A DNA stretch of 64,000 nt from Limnothrix sp. BL-A-16 (GCA_041937175.2 CP166615.1:864001-928000), one strand, 5' to 3'. Shown: positions 30,881-40,913, counted from the first letter of the stretch. The notes: generated by a model from the sequence alone, not told the origin. Translations and numbers: made by a program.

Positions 30881-32820
30881 CTACGGGATTTCGGGTGGGG
30901 TGGTGAGTTGTTTCAGAATGGCTTGGGTGAGGGGGTGGTCGGAGAGTTCGGCGGCGCGACCTTGCTGAAGGGCGGCTTGCACCAGACTATATAAACTTCG
31001 GAGGCTGCTTTGGGTGTGGGGATGGGTTTCACCCAACTGCTGCACCCGAATCTTCCAAGCGCGCAGCAACAGCCGCTCGGCTTCACCCCAACGATTTTGG
31101 TGACAGTGCAGCACTGCCAAGTTGTTGAGGCTGTTGGCGGTTAAGGGATGGTCGGCTCCCATCACTTGCTCTTTGATTGCCAGCGACCGCCGGTAGAGAG
31201 GTTCCGCTGCCTCGTACCTTCCCTGAGATTCGTAGAGTGCTGCCAAGTTGTTGAGGCTGACGGCGGTGTCGGGATGGTCGGCTCCCATCACTTGCTCACG
31301 GATGGCCAGCGATCGCCGGAAGAGGGGTTCTGCGCCTCGTACTTTCCCTGGGATCGATAGAGTGCTGCCAAGCCGTTTAGGCTGTTGGTGGTGTCGGGAT
31401 GGTCGGCTCCCAGCGCCCGCTCACGAATTTCCAGCGATCGCCGATAGAGGGGTTCCGCTGCCTCGTACTTTCTCTGGGATTCGTAGAGTGCTGCCAAGTT
31501 ATTGAGGCTCGTGGCGGTGTCGGGATGGTTGGCTCCCATCACTTGCTCACGGATGGCCAGCGATCGCCGGAAGAGGGGTTCCGCTGCCTCGTACTTTCCC
31601 TGGGATTTGTAGAGTACTGCCAAGCCGTTTAGGCTGTTGGCGGTGTCGGGATGGTCGGCTCCCAGCGCTCGCTCACGAATTTCCAGCGATCGCCGATAGA
31701 GGGGTTCCGCTGCCTCGTACTTTCCCTGGGATTCGTAGAGTGCTGCCAAGTTATTGAGGCTCGTGGCGGTGTCGGGATGGTCAACTCCCAGCAATCGCTC
31801 ACGGATGTCCAGTGATCGTCGGTAGAGGGGTTCCGCTGCCTCGTACCGTCCCTGGGATTCGTAGAGGTTTGCCAAGTTGTTGAGGCTGGAGGCGGTCTCA
31901 GGATGATCGGGGCCGAAGCGGTGTTCGGTGGTGGTTATGCAGTCGCTGTAGTGTTGTTCGGCTTCAGACCAGAGACCTTGCCCCTCAGCCAGCCGCGCCA
32001 ATGCCACAAAGGGCCAGATCGAATCTGTTGGATCAGCAATTTTGGCGCTGTTGGTGGCGGCCGCTTCCAAGTGTGGCCAGGCAGGGCGGGTGCGCGCCAA
32101 GTCAGCCAGCGTCACCGTATCTGGAACCGTTTTCGCTACACTCACCATCTGCCCCAAAAACGCCTGTTGCAGCGCCTCGCCCTCGGGCCAACCTGCCCGT
32201 TGGGCCGCGAAAAACTCCCGAATCAGCGGATGCAGTCCATATTGCCGATCGCCCAGCCGCTCCAACAAACTCAGCCGCTCCAACTCCGCCCGCGCTGCTT
32301 TCAGCTCTTCCTGATCGTCGCTGGGCCAACAACCCTGCACCCACTCCCACAACACCGGAGCCGATCCAAAGCAACCCAACAACACCGCCAGCCGTTGTGC
32401 TTCCTGGCTCAGGGCTTGCCAGCTTAACTCAACGGCAACCCGCTCGACTGGATTGTTAAACATCACGCCAGTCTTTTGCTGATCGATTTTGCTGTTGATC
32501 GCCGGTAAGCTAGCCGCCACCTCGCTCACTGTGGCCGCCGTCGCCGGATCGGCCGCCTCTTCCAGCACGATCGCCTCCAACAGCGTCCAATCGTCGAACG
32601 GATTTTTCAGATTAGCCGCCGGGAGCCGCGCCGCCACCCGATCGCCCAGGGCCGCCACCTGATCGCGCATCGGAGCCACCAAAGCACCCACCGCTGTTCG
32701 GATCTGGGGCAAGATCGGCTCCAGCACTTCCTGGGTTAACCGTTCGCTGGTGGTTTCCGCCGACTTTTTCAGCAGCAACACCCCGATCGCTACTTCGCCC
32801 ATTGCCAACGGTTCCATCAC
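30881..32820 (-). pseudogene. TPR (42-aa kinesin-light-chain type) repeat protein split by a 1-nt deletion near 31333; NLR-like but lacking NB-ARC
   Basis: ORFs 31288..32820 and 30881..31291 continue the same HPDTA.SLNNLA.LY..QG.YEAAEPLY.RSL repeats. The broken repeat reads GAGGCGCAGAACCC versus GAGGCAGCGGAACCC in intact repeats. Confidence 0.85.
31120..31920. repeat. Coding tandem array of ~126-bp near-identical TPR repeats
   Basis: CCGCTGCCTCGTAC...GTAGAG...GCCAAG...GGGATGG recurs with a 126-bp period. Confidence 0.9.
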
Positions 32821-32974
32821 TTAACCTCCTGTGGAATTTGTCTAATCTGTCTCTGTTTTACAGCGTCGATCGAAAACATCGATCAGATTAGCGGCAGGCG
32901 ATCGCGGGGCTGCTGGGGTGCTTGGGTGGGGCGATCTCGCAAAATCATCGATCGCCCAAAAAATCAATCAATAT

Positions 32975-34801
32975 CTAAACATCTGCTCCCAGCATTTGCA
33001 ATCGATAAAGGCTGGCGTAAAGACCATCCAAATCCATCAATTGATCGTGGGTTCCAGACTCCGCCAAACGCCCCCGCTTGAGAGCAAAGATGCGATCAAC
33101 ATTGCGAATGGTGGACAGTCGGTGCGCAATAATAATCGCTGTGCGATCGCGCATCATCCGATCGACCGCCGCTTGAATAACCGCTTCCGTGGCCACATCC
33201 AAACTGGACGTAGCTTCATCTAAAATCAGCACTTTGGGTTCTCGAATGGCCACCCGTGCAAAGGCCAAAAGCTGCTTTTGTCCGCCCGATAAATTGGTGC
33301 CGCGCTCACGCAATTCTGAATCATACCCTTGGGGTAATTGCTGAATAAATTCATCAATGCTGACTCGTTCGGCGGCGGCTTGTACCTCAGTCAGGCTGTA
33401 ATTTTCCCCGAGGGTAATGTTGCTTTTTACGTCGCCGGAAAAGAGAAATCCATCTTGCAAAATAATTCCTAATTCTCGACGCAAATCGGCCTGGGCCATG
33501 TCGCGAATGTCCACGCCATCGAGCAGAATTCGCCCTTCGGTGACTTCATACAAACGGCTGAGTAGCCGAATGATCGAGGATTTGCCTGCACCCGTGGGCC
33601 CCACGAAGGCTACTTTTTCGCCGGGATGAATGGTGAAGTCCAAATCATGGAGCACCATTTCATCGGGTTTGTAGCCAAAGGAAACATGCTCAAAGCGAAT
33701 TTCGCCACGGGTTTTCAGGCTGGCAAATTGGGCGCGATCGACCTTGGGTGGATCTTGGATTTCGATCGGCTCCGCGAAGATGCCGTTAATTCGTTCAATG
33801 GCGGTGAATCCCGCTTGAATGGCGGTGAATTTTTCGGCAAATTCTCGCAGGGGATCAAACATCCGCTGAGCAAAGAGAATAAAGGCCGCTAGGGTTCCAA
33901 ACTCGATTGTTTTGCCTGCCACCAATGCGCCGCCATACCAAAGCACTCCGGCGATCGCGACGAGGGAAATCCATTCCAAGGTGGCTGAAACGGCTGAGTC
34001 AAAAAAGATGGTGCGATCGACTTCGTGAATATAGTCTTGGTTGGTCTTCCGAAACTGTTTGGCGTTGTAGCGTTCTCGGCGGAACAATTGCACCACATTC
34101 ACACCCACCAGATTCTCTTGCAGCATCGAATTCAAATCCGATAACCGCTCTCGGGCCCGATAGTTGGCTTTCCGAAATTCCCCTTGAAAATAAACAATCG
34201 CCCCCGCGATCGGGATCAACATCAGCAACAGCAATAGTGCCAATTGCCATTGCAAGGTCAACATCGTGGCCACCAACACCACGATCGACAACAGATCGCT
34301 CACAATCCCGATCGCGCCCGTGGAAAAAACCTCACCCAAGGCATCCACATCGCTGGTTAGGCGGGTGATCAACCGACCCACGGGCGTGCGATCGAAAAAG
34401 CGCATGGCCAGCGCGGTCACATGATCAAATAAATCATTACGAATATCCGCCGTAATCCGTTGGCCCACTTCCTGCACCAAGTAACCCTGAAGCCCTTGGA
34501 GCGCCAACCGCACCGCCACCGTCACCAACACCAGCAGCCCCACCGTGTTCAGACCCGATCGCAGGGGCATCGCTTCCAGAAAATCCCAAGCGCTGGCCTC
34601 GCCCCGAATCAGCGAGATGGCTTGACCCACCAAAATCGGTTGCAGCGCATTGCCCAAGGACAAGGGCAGCAACAAAATCAGCGACACAATCAGCAGCTTG
34701 CCGCTGCGACGGGCGTAGGGCACCAGTCGCAGAAAAAGCCGCCAGTCAGTTTCAGAGCGGCGATCGGACGGGGTTTGCGCAGCAGCAAGATTCACAGTCA
34801 T
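32975..34801 (-). CDS. ABC exporter, fused permease + ATPase (MsbA/MdlB-like)
   Basis: TM domain with FFDRTPVGRLITR, Walker A GPTGAGKS, LSGGQ, ILDEATS and AHRLST. Confidence 0.95.
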   Translation of the reverse strand: MTVNLAAAQTPSDRRSETDWRLFLRLVPYARRSGKLLIVSLILLLPLSLGNALQPILVGQAISLIRGEASAWDFLEAMPLRSGLNTVGLLVLVTVAVRLALQGLQGYLVQEVGQRITADIRNDLFDHVTALAMRFFDRTPVGRLITRLTSDVDALGEVFSTGAIGIVSDLLSIVVLVATMLTLQWQLALLLLLMLIPIAGAIVYFQGEFRKANYRARERLSDLNSMLQENLVGVNVVQLFRRERYNAKQFRKTNQDYIHEVDRTIFFDSAVSATLEWISLVAIAGVLWYGGALVAGKTIEFGTLAAFILFAQRMFDPLREFAEKFTAIQAGFTAIERINGIFAEPIEIQDPPKVDRAQFASLKTRGEIRFEHVSFGYKPDEMVLHDLDFTIHPGEKVAFVGPTGAGKSSIIRLLSRLYEVTEGRILLDGVDIRDMAQADLRRELGIILQDGFLFSGDVKSNITLGENYSLTEVQAAAERVSIDEFIQQLPQGYDSELRERGTNLSGGQKQLLAFARVAIREPKVLILDEATSSLDVATEAVIQAAVDRMMRDRTAIIIAHRLSTIRNVDRIFALKRGRLAESGTHDQLMDLDGLYASLYRLQMLGADV

Positions 34802-35353
34802 AGCCAACCGGTAGAGACACAAATCAAGCCGCCCTGACGGATTGGCGGCCGGGCCTGTTTGCAAAGGCGGGCAGACAATCGATCGGGGTGGCTTGACAGC
34901 AATTTCAGTACAGAGTCTCCTTCATTATCGCCCATGAATTCGCCCGCATGGCTCGATCGACCGGTGACAGCTCAGCGGCTCCGATTGCCCAGTGGATCTC
35001 TGTATCGCCCGGTCTTGATTGATACGCGATCGGGATCTGCAATCAATCACGATCAACCATAGCCAGATATCTGCCAAGGATGCGCAAACAGCAAGCAAAG
35101 TGGAATTTGACGAAGGAAAAAATCAGAAATGATCAGAAAAATTGACCGATCTGAAATTAGAGTGCGAACCAAGAATTAAGGAGTTTGAGGGTAGAAATCA
35201 GCAGAATTAGGGATGACATCTGAATTCGCCATGGGTTATGAATCTGAAGATTTCTGTTTTGGGTGCTCGTGTGTTGACTGCGAATTCTACCTGCCAGCTA
35301 GCCCCACAGAATAGCTACCCGCTAGCTCCCCAGGAAACGCCTAGGAATTTCTG

Positions 35354-36982
35354 ATGCCCCATCCTTGTGCTCCACGACTCGTTTATTATTCACTGTTGCC
35401 TTTTTTTGCCCTGATTTTAGGAATACCCACGGGGGCGATCGCCTCGGAAATTCCCCTGCTGACCTTGGCCGATCGCCCGGCGGTGGCCACCGCAGCCGAC
35501 CTGTTGGGAGCCGATCATTTCAGCACGGATGACCTGGCCCAGGTCACCGCCGTTTCACAGCTCTCGGATGTGCAACCCACCGATTGGGCGTTTCAGGCGC
35601 TGCAATCCTTGGTGGAGCGCTATGGCTGCATTGCTGGCTATCCCGATGGTACGTTCAAGGGCAACCGGCCCCTCAGTCGCTATGAGTTCGCGGCCGGTTT
35701 AAATGCCTGTCTCGATCGGATCAATGAGCTAATCAAATCCGCCACGGATCCACTCGCGGCCAAGGAAGACCTGCGGAAATTGCAAAAACTGCAAGAGGAA
35801 TTCGCAGCGGAGCTGGCCGGCCTGCGGGGGCGGGTGGATGCCTTGGAAGCCCGCACGTCCGAGCTGGCAGCCAACCAGTTTTCGACCACCACGAAGCTGA
35901 AAGGCGAAGTGATTTTTGCCTTAGATGATGTGTTTGGTAATGAGCGGGCTGGCGGCGGTGACTTGGATTACAACACCGCGTTTTCCTACCGAGCACGGCT
36001 GAACTTCAATACCAGTTTCACGGGTAAAGATGAGCTGCGGGTGCGGCTACAAAGCAACAACATCATCCCGATCGATGGGGCGGTGACGGGAACCAGCATG
36101 ACCCGCTTGGCTTTTGACGGCAACAGCAACAATCAGTTCCGATTGGACGATCTGCACTATCGTTTCCCGATCGGGCAGAAAACCCACATGTGGCTGATTG
36201 CCAGCGGTCAAGGAACTGACGGCATTGCCGATCCGTTGAATTCGTTTCTGCGCAGTGACAGTTCCGGTTCCCTGTCCCGGTTTGGCCGCTTTAGTTCGAT
36301 CTACCGCAGTGTGAGGGGCCCCGGGGTCGCGATCGAGCATGACTTTAGCGATCAGTGGTCGGTAGATTTGGCATACCGTGCGCCCCAGGGCAGCAATCCG
36401 GCTGATGAGGCGGGCCTGTTCAACGGCAGCTACGGGATTTTGGGCCAAATCCTATATCAGCCCAGCAAAAACGCTGGCATTGGCTTCACCTTCGCCCACA
36501 CCTACTTTGACGAAGCCGATGTGAACATCACGGACGGCGTAGGCAGTGCTTTTGCCCAACGGCCCTTCAGTCGGGTTGATACGTTGGCCAACTCCTACGG
36601 GTTGATCGGTTCGGTGCAGTTTAGTCCTCGTTTCAATCTGTCCGGTTGGGTGGGCTACACCGACGCAACAGCCAAGTCCGGCAATGATCGGGGAGCCAAT
36701 GCCGACATTTGGAATTGGGCCGTGACGATGGCCTTTCCGGATCTGTTCAAGGAAGGCAACTTGGGCGGGATTATTTTCGGGATGCCGCCCAAGGCCACCC
36801 AAAACGATGTGGACAGCCGGGAAGATCGCGATACCTCGTTCCATGTGGAGGCGCTCTACTACCACCAACTGACGGACAACATTGCCATTACACCGGGTGT
36901 GATTGCGATTTTCAATCCGGAGCACAACGCCGATCACGAGACCCAGGTGGTGGGGGTGGTACGCACTGTGTTCTCTTTCTAA
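35354..36982 (+). CDS. SLH-domain outer membrane porin (iron-uptake/OprB/SomA-type), copy 1
   Basis: SQLSDVQPTDWAFQALQSLVERYGCIAGYPD SLH domain, coiled coil, QFSTTTKL barrel start and C-terminal RTVFSF. Confidence 0.96.
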   Translation: MPHPCAPRLVYYSLLPFFALILGIPTGAIASEIPLLTLADRPAVATAADLLGADHFSTDDLAQVTAVSQLSDVQPTDWAFQALQSLVERYGCIAGYPDGTFKGNRPLSRYEFAAGLNACLDRINELIKSATDPLAAKEDLRKLQKLQEEFAAELAGLRGRVDALEARTSELAANQFSTTTKLKGEVIFALDDVFGNERAGGGDLDYNTAFSYRARLNFNTSFTGKDELRVRLQSNNIIPIDGAVTGTSMTRLAFDGNSNNQFRLDDLHYRFPIGQKTHMWLIASGQGTDGIADPLNSFLRSDSSGSLSRFGRFSSIYRSVRGPGVAIEHDFSDQWSVDLAYRAPQGSNPADEAGLFNGSYGILGQILYQPSKNAGIGFTFAHTYFDEADVNITDGVGSAFAQRPFSRVDTLANSYGLIGSVQFSPRFNLSGWVGYTDATAKSGNDRGANADIWNWAVTMAFPDLFKEGNLGGIIFGMPPKATQNDVDSREDRDTSFHVEALYYHQLTDNIAITPGVIAIFNPEHNADHETQVVGVVRTVFSF

Positions 36983-37144
36983 ATCCGGCGCGGCCATTCA
37001 ACGTAAATCCCTGATTCGGCTTTTTGGGAGTCGCAGAGGTGAATCATTGGCGGGAACCCAGCTTTTTCTGGGTAACGTTCGCTGCGGCTCACAGGTGACC
37101 GTGAATCTCCTCCCAAATGCTTGGCAATTATTGAGGACTAACCC

Positions 37145-38773
37145 ATGACCCATCGTTTTCTGCCACTACTCTCTCGCTCCGCTCTGTTGCCTGTTTTGAC
37201 CCTGATTTTAGGAATACCCACGGGGGCGATCGCCTCGGAAATTCCCTTGCTGACCTTGGACGATCGCCCCACGGTGGCCACCGAAGCCGACCTGCTGGGC
37301 ACTGATCCCTTAGGCACGGATGACCTGGCCCAGGTCACCGCCGTTTCACAGCTCTCGGATGTGCAACCCACCGATTGGGCGTTTCAGGCGCTGCAATCCT
37401 TGGTGGAGCGCTATGGCTGCATTGCCGGTTATCCCGATGGCACGTTCAAGGGCAACCGGCCCCTCAGTCGCTATGAGTTCGCGGCCGGTTTGAATGCCTG
37501 TCTCGATCGGATCAATGAGCTAATCAAATCCGCCACGGATCCACTCGCGGCCAAGGAAGACCTGCGGAAATTGCAAAAACTGCAAGAGGAATTCGCAGCG
37601 GAGCTGGCCGGTCTGCGGGGGCGGGTGGATGCCCTGGAAGCCCGCGCGGCGGAACTGGAGGCCAATCGCTTTGCGCCGGTCACCAAGCTCCAGTCTGAGG
37701 CCATGTTTGCCCTGGCCGATGTGTGGGGCGACGAAAAAGCCGGCGGCGGCGATTTGGACTACAACACCACCTTTGCCTATTGGGTGCGGCTGAATTTCAA
37801 CACCAGTTTCACGGGCAAAGATGAGTTGCGGGTGCGACTGCAAAGCAACAACATCATCCCGATCGATGGGGATTTGACGGGAACCAGCATGACCCGCCTG
37901 GGGTTTGACGGCAACAGCAGCAATCAGCTTCGGTTGGGGGATTTGTACTACCGTTTTCCCCTGGGCGATCGCACCCGAGCTTGGTTAATTGCCAATGGCC
38001 ACGGCACCGATGGGATTACGGATCCCCTGAACGTATACCTGCGTAGTGACAGTTCCGGGGCCCTGTCACGATTTGGGCGCTATAGCTCGATCTATCGCGG
38101 GTTGCGCGGCCCCGGCGTGGGAATTCAGCATCGTTTTAATCAACATTGGTCGGCCGATGTGGCCTACCGTGCGCCCCGAGGCAGCAGCCCGGATGATGAG
38201 GCGGGGCTGTTCAATGGCAGCTACGGCATTTTGGGGCAATTGCTCTATCAACCCACCCCCAGCACCAGCATTGGCTTCACCTTCACCCACACCTACTTCG
38301 ATGAAGCGGATGTGAACATTACGGACAACATCGGCAGCGCCTTTGCCCAGCGGCCGTTCGATCGGGTCGATACTGCCGCCAATTCCTACGGGTTGATCGG
38401 CGCGGTGCAATTCAGCCCCCGTTTCACCCTGTCCGGCTGGGTCGCTTATACGGATGCCGAGGCCAAAGCAGGAGGCGATCGGGGGGCCAATGCGGATATT
38501 TGGACTTGGGCCGTGACGATGGCTTTCCCGGACTTATTCAAGGAGGGCAATGTGGGCGGCCTGGTAGTGGGGATGCCACCGAAAACCACACGCAACGACT
38601 TGACCAGCCGCGAGGATCGGGACACGTCGTTGCATGTGGAAGCCCTCTACCGCCACCAACTGACGGACAACATCGCCATCACGCCGGGAGTGATCGTGAT
38701 TGTGAACCCGGAACATGATCAGGACAACGGCACGCAGGTGGTGGGCGTGGTGCGCACCACCTTTGCGTTCTAA
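37145..38773 (+). CDS. SLH-domain outer membrane porin, copy 2 (tandem paralogue)
   Basis: Same architecture and length (542 aa) as copy 1; ends RTTFAF. Confidence 0.96.
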   Translation: MTHRFLPLLSRSALLPVLTLILGIPTGAIASEIPLLTLDDRPTVATEADLLGTDPLGTDDLAQVTAVSQLSDVQPTDWAFQALQSLVERYGCIAGYPDGTFKGNRPLSRYEFAAGLNACLDRINELIKSATDPLAAKEDLRKLQKLQEEFAAELAGLRGRVDALEARAAELEANRFAPVTKLQSEAMFALADVWGDEKAGGGDLDYNTTFAYWVRLNFNTSFTGKDELRVRLQSNNIIPIDGDLTGTSMTRLGFDGNSSNQLRLGDLYYRFPLGDRTRAWLIANGHGTDGITDPLNVYLRSDSSGALSRFGRYSSIYRGLRGPGVGIQHRFNQHWSADVAYRAPRGSSPDDEAGLFNGSYGILGQLLYQPTPSTSIGFTFTHTYFDEADVNITDNIGSAFAQRPFDRVDTAANSYGLIGAVQFSPRFTLSGWVAYTDAEAKAGGDRGANADIWTWAVTMAFPDLFKEGNVGGLVVGMPPKTTRNDLTSREDRDTSLHVEALYRHQLTDNIAITPGVIVIVNPEHDQDNGTQVVGVVRTTFAF

Positions 38774-38783
38774 GTTCTGCGTT

Positions 38784-38931
38784 CTAGTAGCGCGACAGGC
38801 TGAATACATTGGGTCAAAGTTGCAGAGCCAGTCGTGGTAACAAGGGGCTTGAGCATCTTGTTGCTTAACGATCATGTGACGGTAACAGCCATGTAAGTTG
38901 ACCCAGCAAATTAAGGTAGCCGCGCTACTAG
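38784..38931. mobile_element. MITE-like element, family B
   Basis: TIRs CTAGTAGCGCGAC / GCCGCGCTACTAG (12 of 13 complementary); degenerate CAAGGGGCTTGAGCATCTTG core; colinear with 18194-18358. Confidence 0.78.
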
Positions 38932-39063
38932 GTTCGTTTGCGAAGGGTTTTGCCGGTGTTGGGAGCCGATCGCCTGGTTCAGTTTTGGGGCCGAGGCGAT
39001 CGGTCATTTTGCGCTGGAGATCGGGGCGATCGGGGCGGAATCTAGCGGCTAACAGGTGCTTGA

Positions 39064-39078
39064 ATGCAGAAATTGCAT
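39064..39078 (+). promoter_or_regulatory. NtcB (LysR)-type site AT-N11-AT upstream of nirA
   Basis: Palindromic ATGCAGAAATTGCAT, ~50 bp upstream of the NtcA box. Confidence 0.7.
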
Positions 39079-39115
39079 GAAATTCATGCTTAAAACGGAT
39101 TCTGTAAAGTTTTTT

Positions 39116-39157
39116 GTAACTTGGATTACAAAAGCCCTGGGGCGCGATCGCTAGCAT
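39116..39157 (+). promoter_or_regulatory. Canonical NtcA-activated promoter of the nir operon
   Basis: GTAACTTGGATTAC (39116-39129), 22-nt spacer, -10 box TAGCAT (39152-39157). Confidence 0.9.
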
Positions 39158-39265
39158 TTGCCCATTCTCAGCTCTAGCAACTACAACTTCTGACCGAATA
39201 CTCCCTGGCTCCGGCCAGCGGTCAGAAGTTTTTACCCACCGGCATTGACCCCCTCGCTGGTAACT

Positions 39266-40822
39266 ATGGCTCAAGCGATCGCCCCGGCAAGTTCCAAACT
39301 CACCAAGTTTGAGAAATTCAAAGCCGAAAAAGACGGACTGCAAGTTAAACAAGAACTCGCCACTTTTGCCCGCTTGGGTTGGGAAAACCTCCCCGAAGAC
39401 GACCTGAATCACCGTCTGAAGTGGCTAGGGGTGTTCTTTCGCCCGGTCACTCCCGGAAAGTTCATGTTGCGGATGCGGTTGCCCCACGGCATTTGCACCA
39501 GCGGCCAACTGCGCGTCCTCGCCAGCATCGTTGAGCGCTACGGCGACGATGGCAGCGCCGACATCACCACCCGCCAAAACCTGCAATTACGCGGGATTCG
39601 GCTGGATGACATTCCTGAAATTTTCCAACAGCTCGATCGCTCCGGCCTCACCAGCATCCAATCGGGCATGGACAACGTGCGCAACATCACCGGCTCCCCC
39701 GTGGCCGGCATTGATGCCGACGAGTTGATCGACACCCGGGGGCTGGTGCGCAAAGTGCAGGACATGATCACCAACAACGGTGATGGCAACCCCAGCTTCA
39801 GCAACCTGCCCCGCAAATTCAACATCGCGATCGACGGCAGCCGCGACAACTCGGTTCATGCCGAAATTAACGACATCGCCTTCATCCCCGCCTACAAAGA
39901 CGACAAACTCGGGTTCAACGTCGTGGTGGGCGGGTTCTTTTCCGCCAGCCGCGTGGCTCCCGCCATTTCCCTCAATGCCTGGGTGGATCCGCGCGATGTG
40001 GTTTCCCTCTGCGAAGCGATCTTGGTGGTTTATCGGGATCATGGCCCCCGTGCCAACCGCCAAAAGTCTCGGTTGATGTGGCTGATTGACGAGTGGGGAA
40101 TTGAGAAATTCCGGGCCGCCGTGGAAAAGCAACTGGGATTTCCCCTGCTCACCGCCGCCGCGAAGGACGAATATTGCTGGGACAAACGCGACCACATCGG
40201 CATCCACGCCCAAAAACAAGTGGGCCTCAACTATGCCGGGTTACACATTCCCGTGGGTCGGCTGAATGCACGCCAAATGTTTGATCTGGCGCGGCTGGCG
40301 GATATCTACGGCAGCGGTGAACTGCGCTTCACCGTTGAGCAAAACGTGATCATCACCAACATTCCCGATTCCCGGTTAGCGGTTTTTACCCAAGAGCCGC
40401 TTTTAAAAACCTTCTCGATCGCCCCGGCCCCCCTCGTGCGGGAACTGGTCTCCTGCACGGGGTCGCAGTTTTGCAACTTTGCGCTGATTGAAACCAAACA
40501 GCGTGCCTTGGCCGTGGCCCAAGCCGTCACCGATCGGGTCAAGCTTCCCCGGCCGGTGCGGATTCACTGGACCGGCTGCCCCAACTCCTGCGGCCAACCC
40601 CAAGTGGCCGACATCGGCTTGATGGGCAGCAAGGCTCGCAAGGATGGCAAAACCGTTGAGGCCGTGGATATTTTCCTTGGCGGCAAGGTGGGCAAAGACG
40701 CGCACTTGGGCGATCGGGTCATGAAAGGAATTCCCTGCGAAGACCTGAACGATGTGCTGGTGGACTTGCTGGTGGAGCATTTCCAAGCCGAGCGCAAAAC
40801 GCCCGCCCTGGCCGAGGCCTAA
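39266..40822 (+). CDS. nirA: Ferredoxin-nitrite reductase
   Basis: KFEKFK.EKDGL, FMLRMRLP, TTRQNLQ, NLPRKFN, CTGSQFC and HWTGCPNSC. Confidence 0.98.
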   Translation: MAQAIAPASSKLTKFEKFKAEKDGLQVKQELATFARLGWENLPEDDLNHRLKWLGVFFRPVTPGKFMLRMRLPHGICTSGQLRVLASIVERYGDDGSADITTRQNLQLRGIRLDDIPEIFQQLDRSGLTSIQSGMDNVRNITGSPVAGIDADELIDTRGLVRKVQDMITNNGDGNPSFSNLPRKFNIAIDGSRDNSVHAEINDIAFIPAYKDDKLGFNVVVGGFFSASRVAPAISLNAWVDPRDVVSLCEAILVVYRDHGPRANRQKSRLMWLIDEWGIEKFRAAVEKQLGFPLLTAAAKDEYCWDKRDHIGIHAQKQVGLNYAGLHIPVGRLNARQMFDLARLADIYGSGELRFTVEQNVIITNIPDSRLAVFTQEPLLKTFSIAPAPLVRELVSCTGSQFCNFALIETKQRALAVAQAVTDRVKLPRPVRIHWTGCPNSCGQPQVADIGLMGSKARKDGKTVEAVDIFLGGKVGKDAHLGDRVMKGIPCEDLNDVLVDLLVEHFQAERKTPALAEA

Positions 40823-40913
40823 CCAAACCTGGTCATCACCTCCTAACACCCAACAGACCACGCGATCCTCCCCGATTGTTAACTTCCCTTCTTTACCCTC
40901 AAACTCAGCAACC

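Noticed and set aside
31120..31920. Regularly spaced repeats as a possible CRISPR array
   Set aside because: The 126-bp period is in-frame TPR coding sequence; there are no unique spacers and no cas genes.
38534..39412. 292-aa minus-strand ORF spanning the porin end, MITE and nirA start
   Set aside because: Overlaps two confident genes and a promoter on the opposite strand; the sequence is not protein-like.
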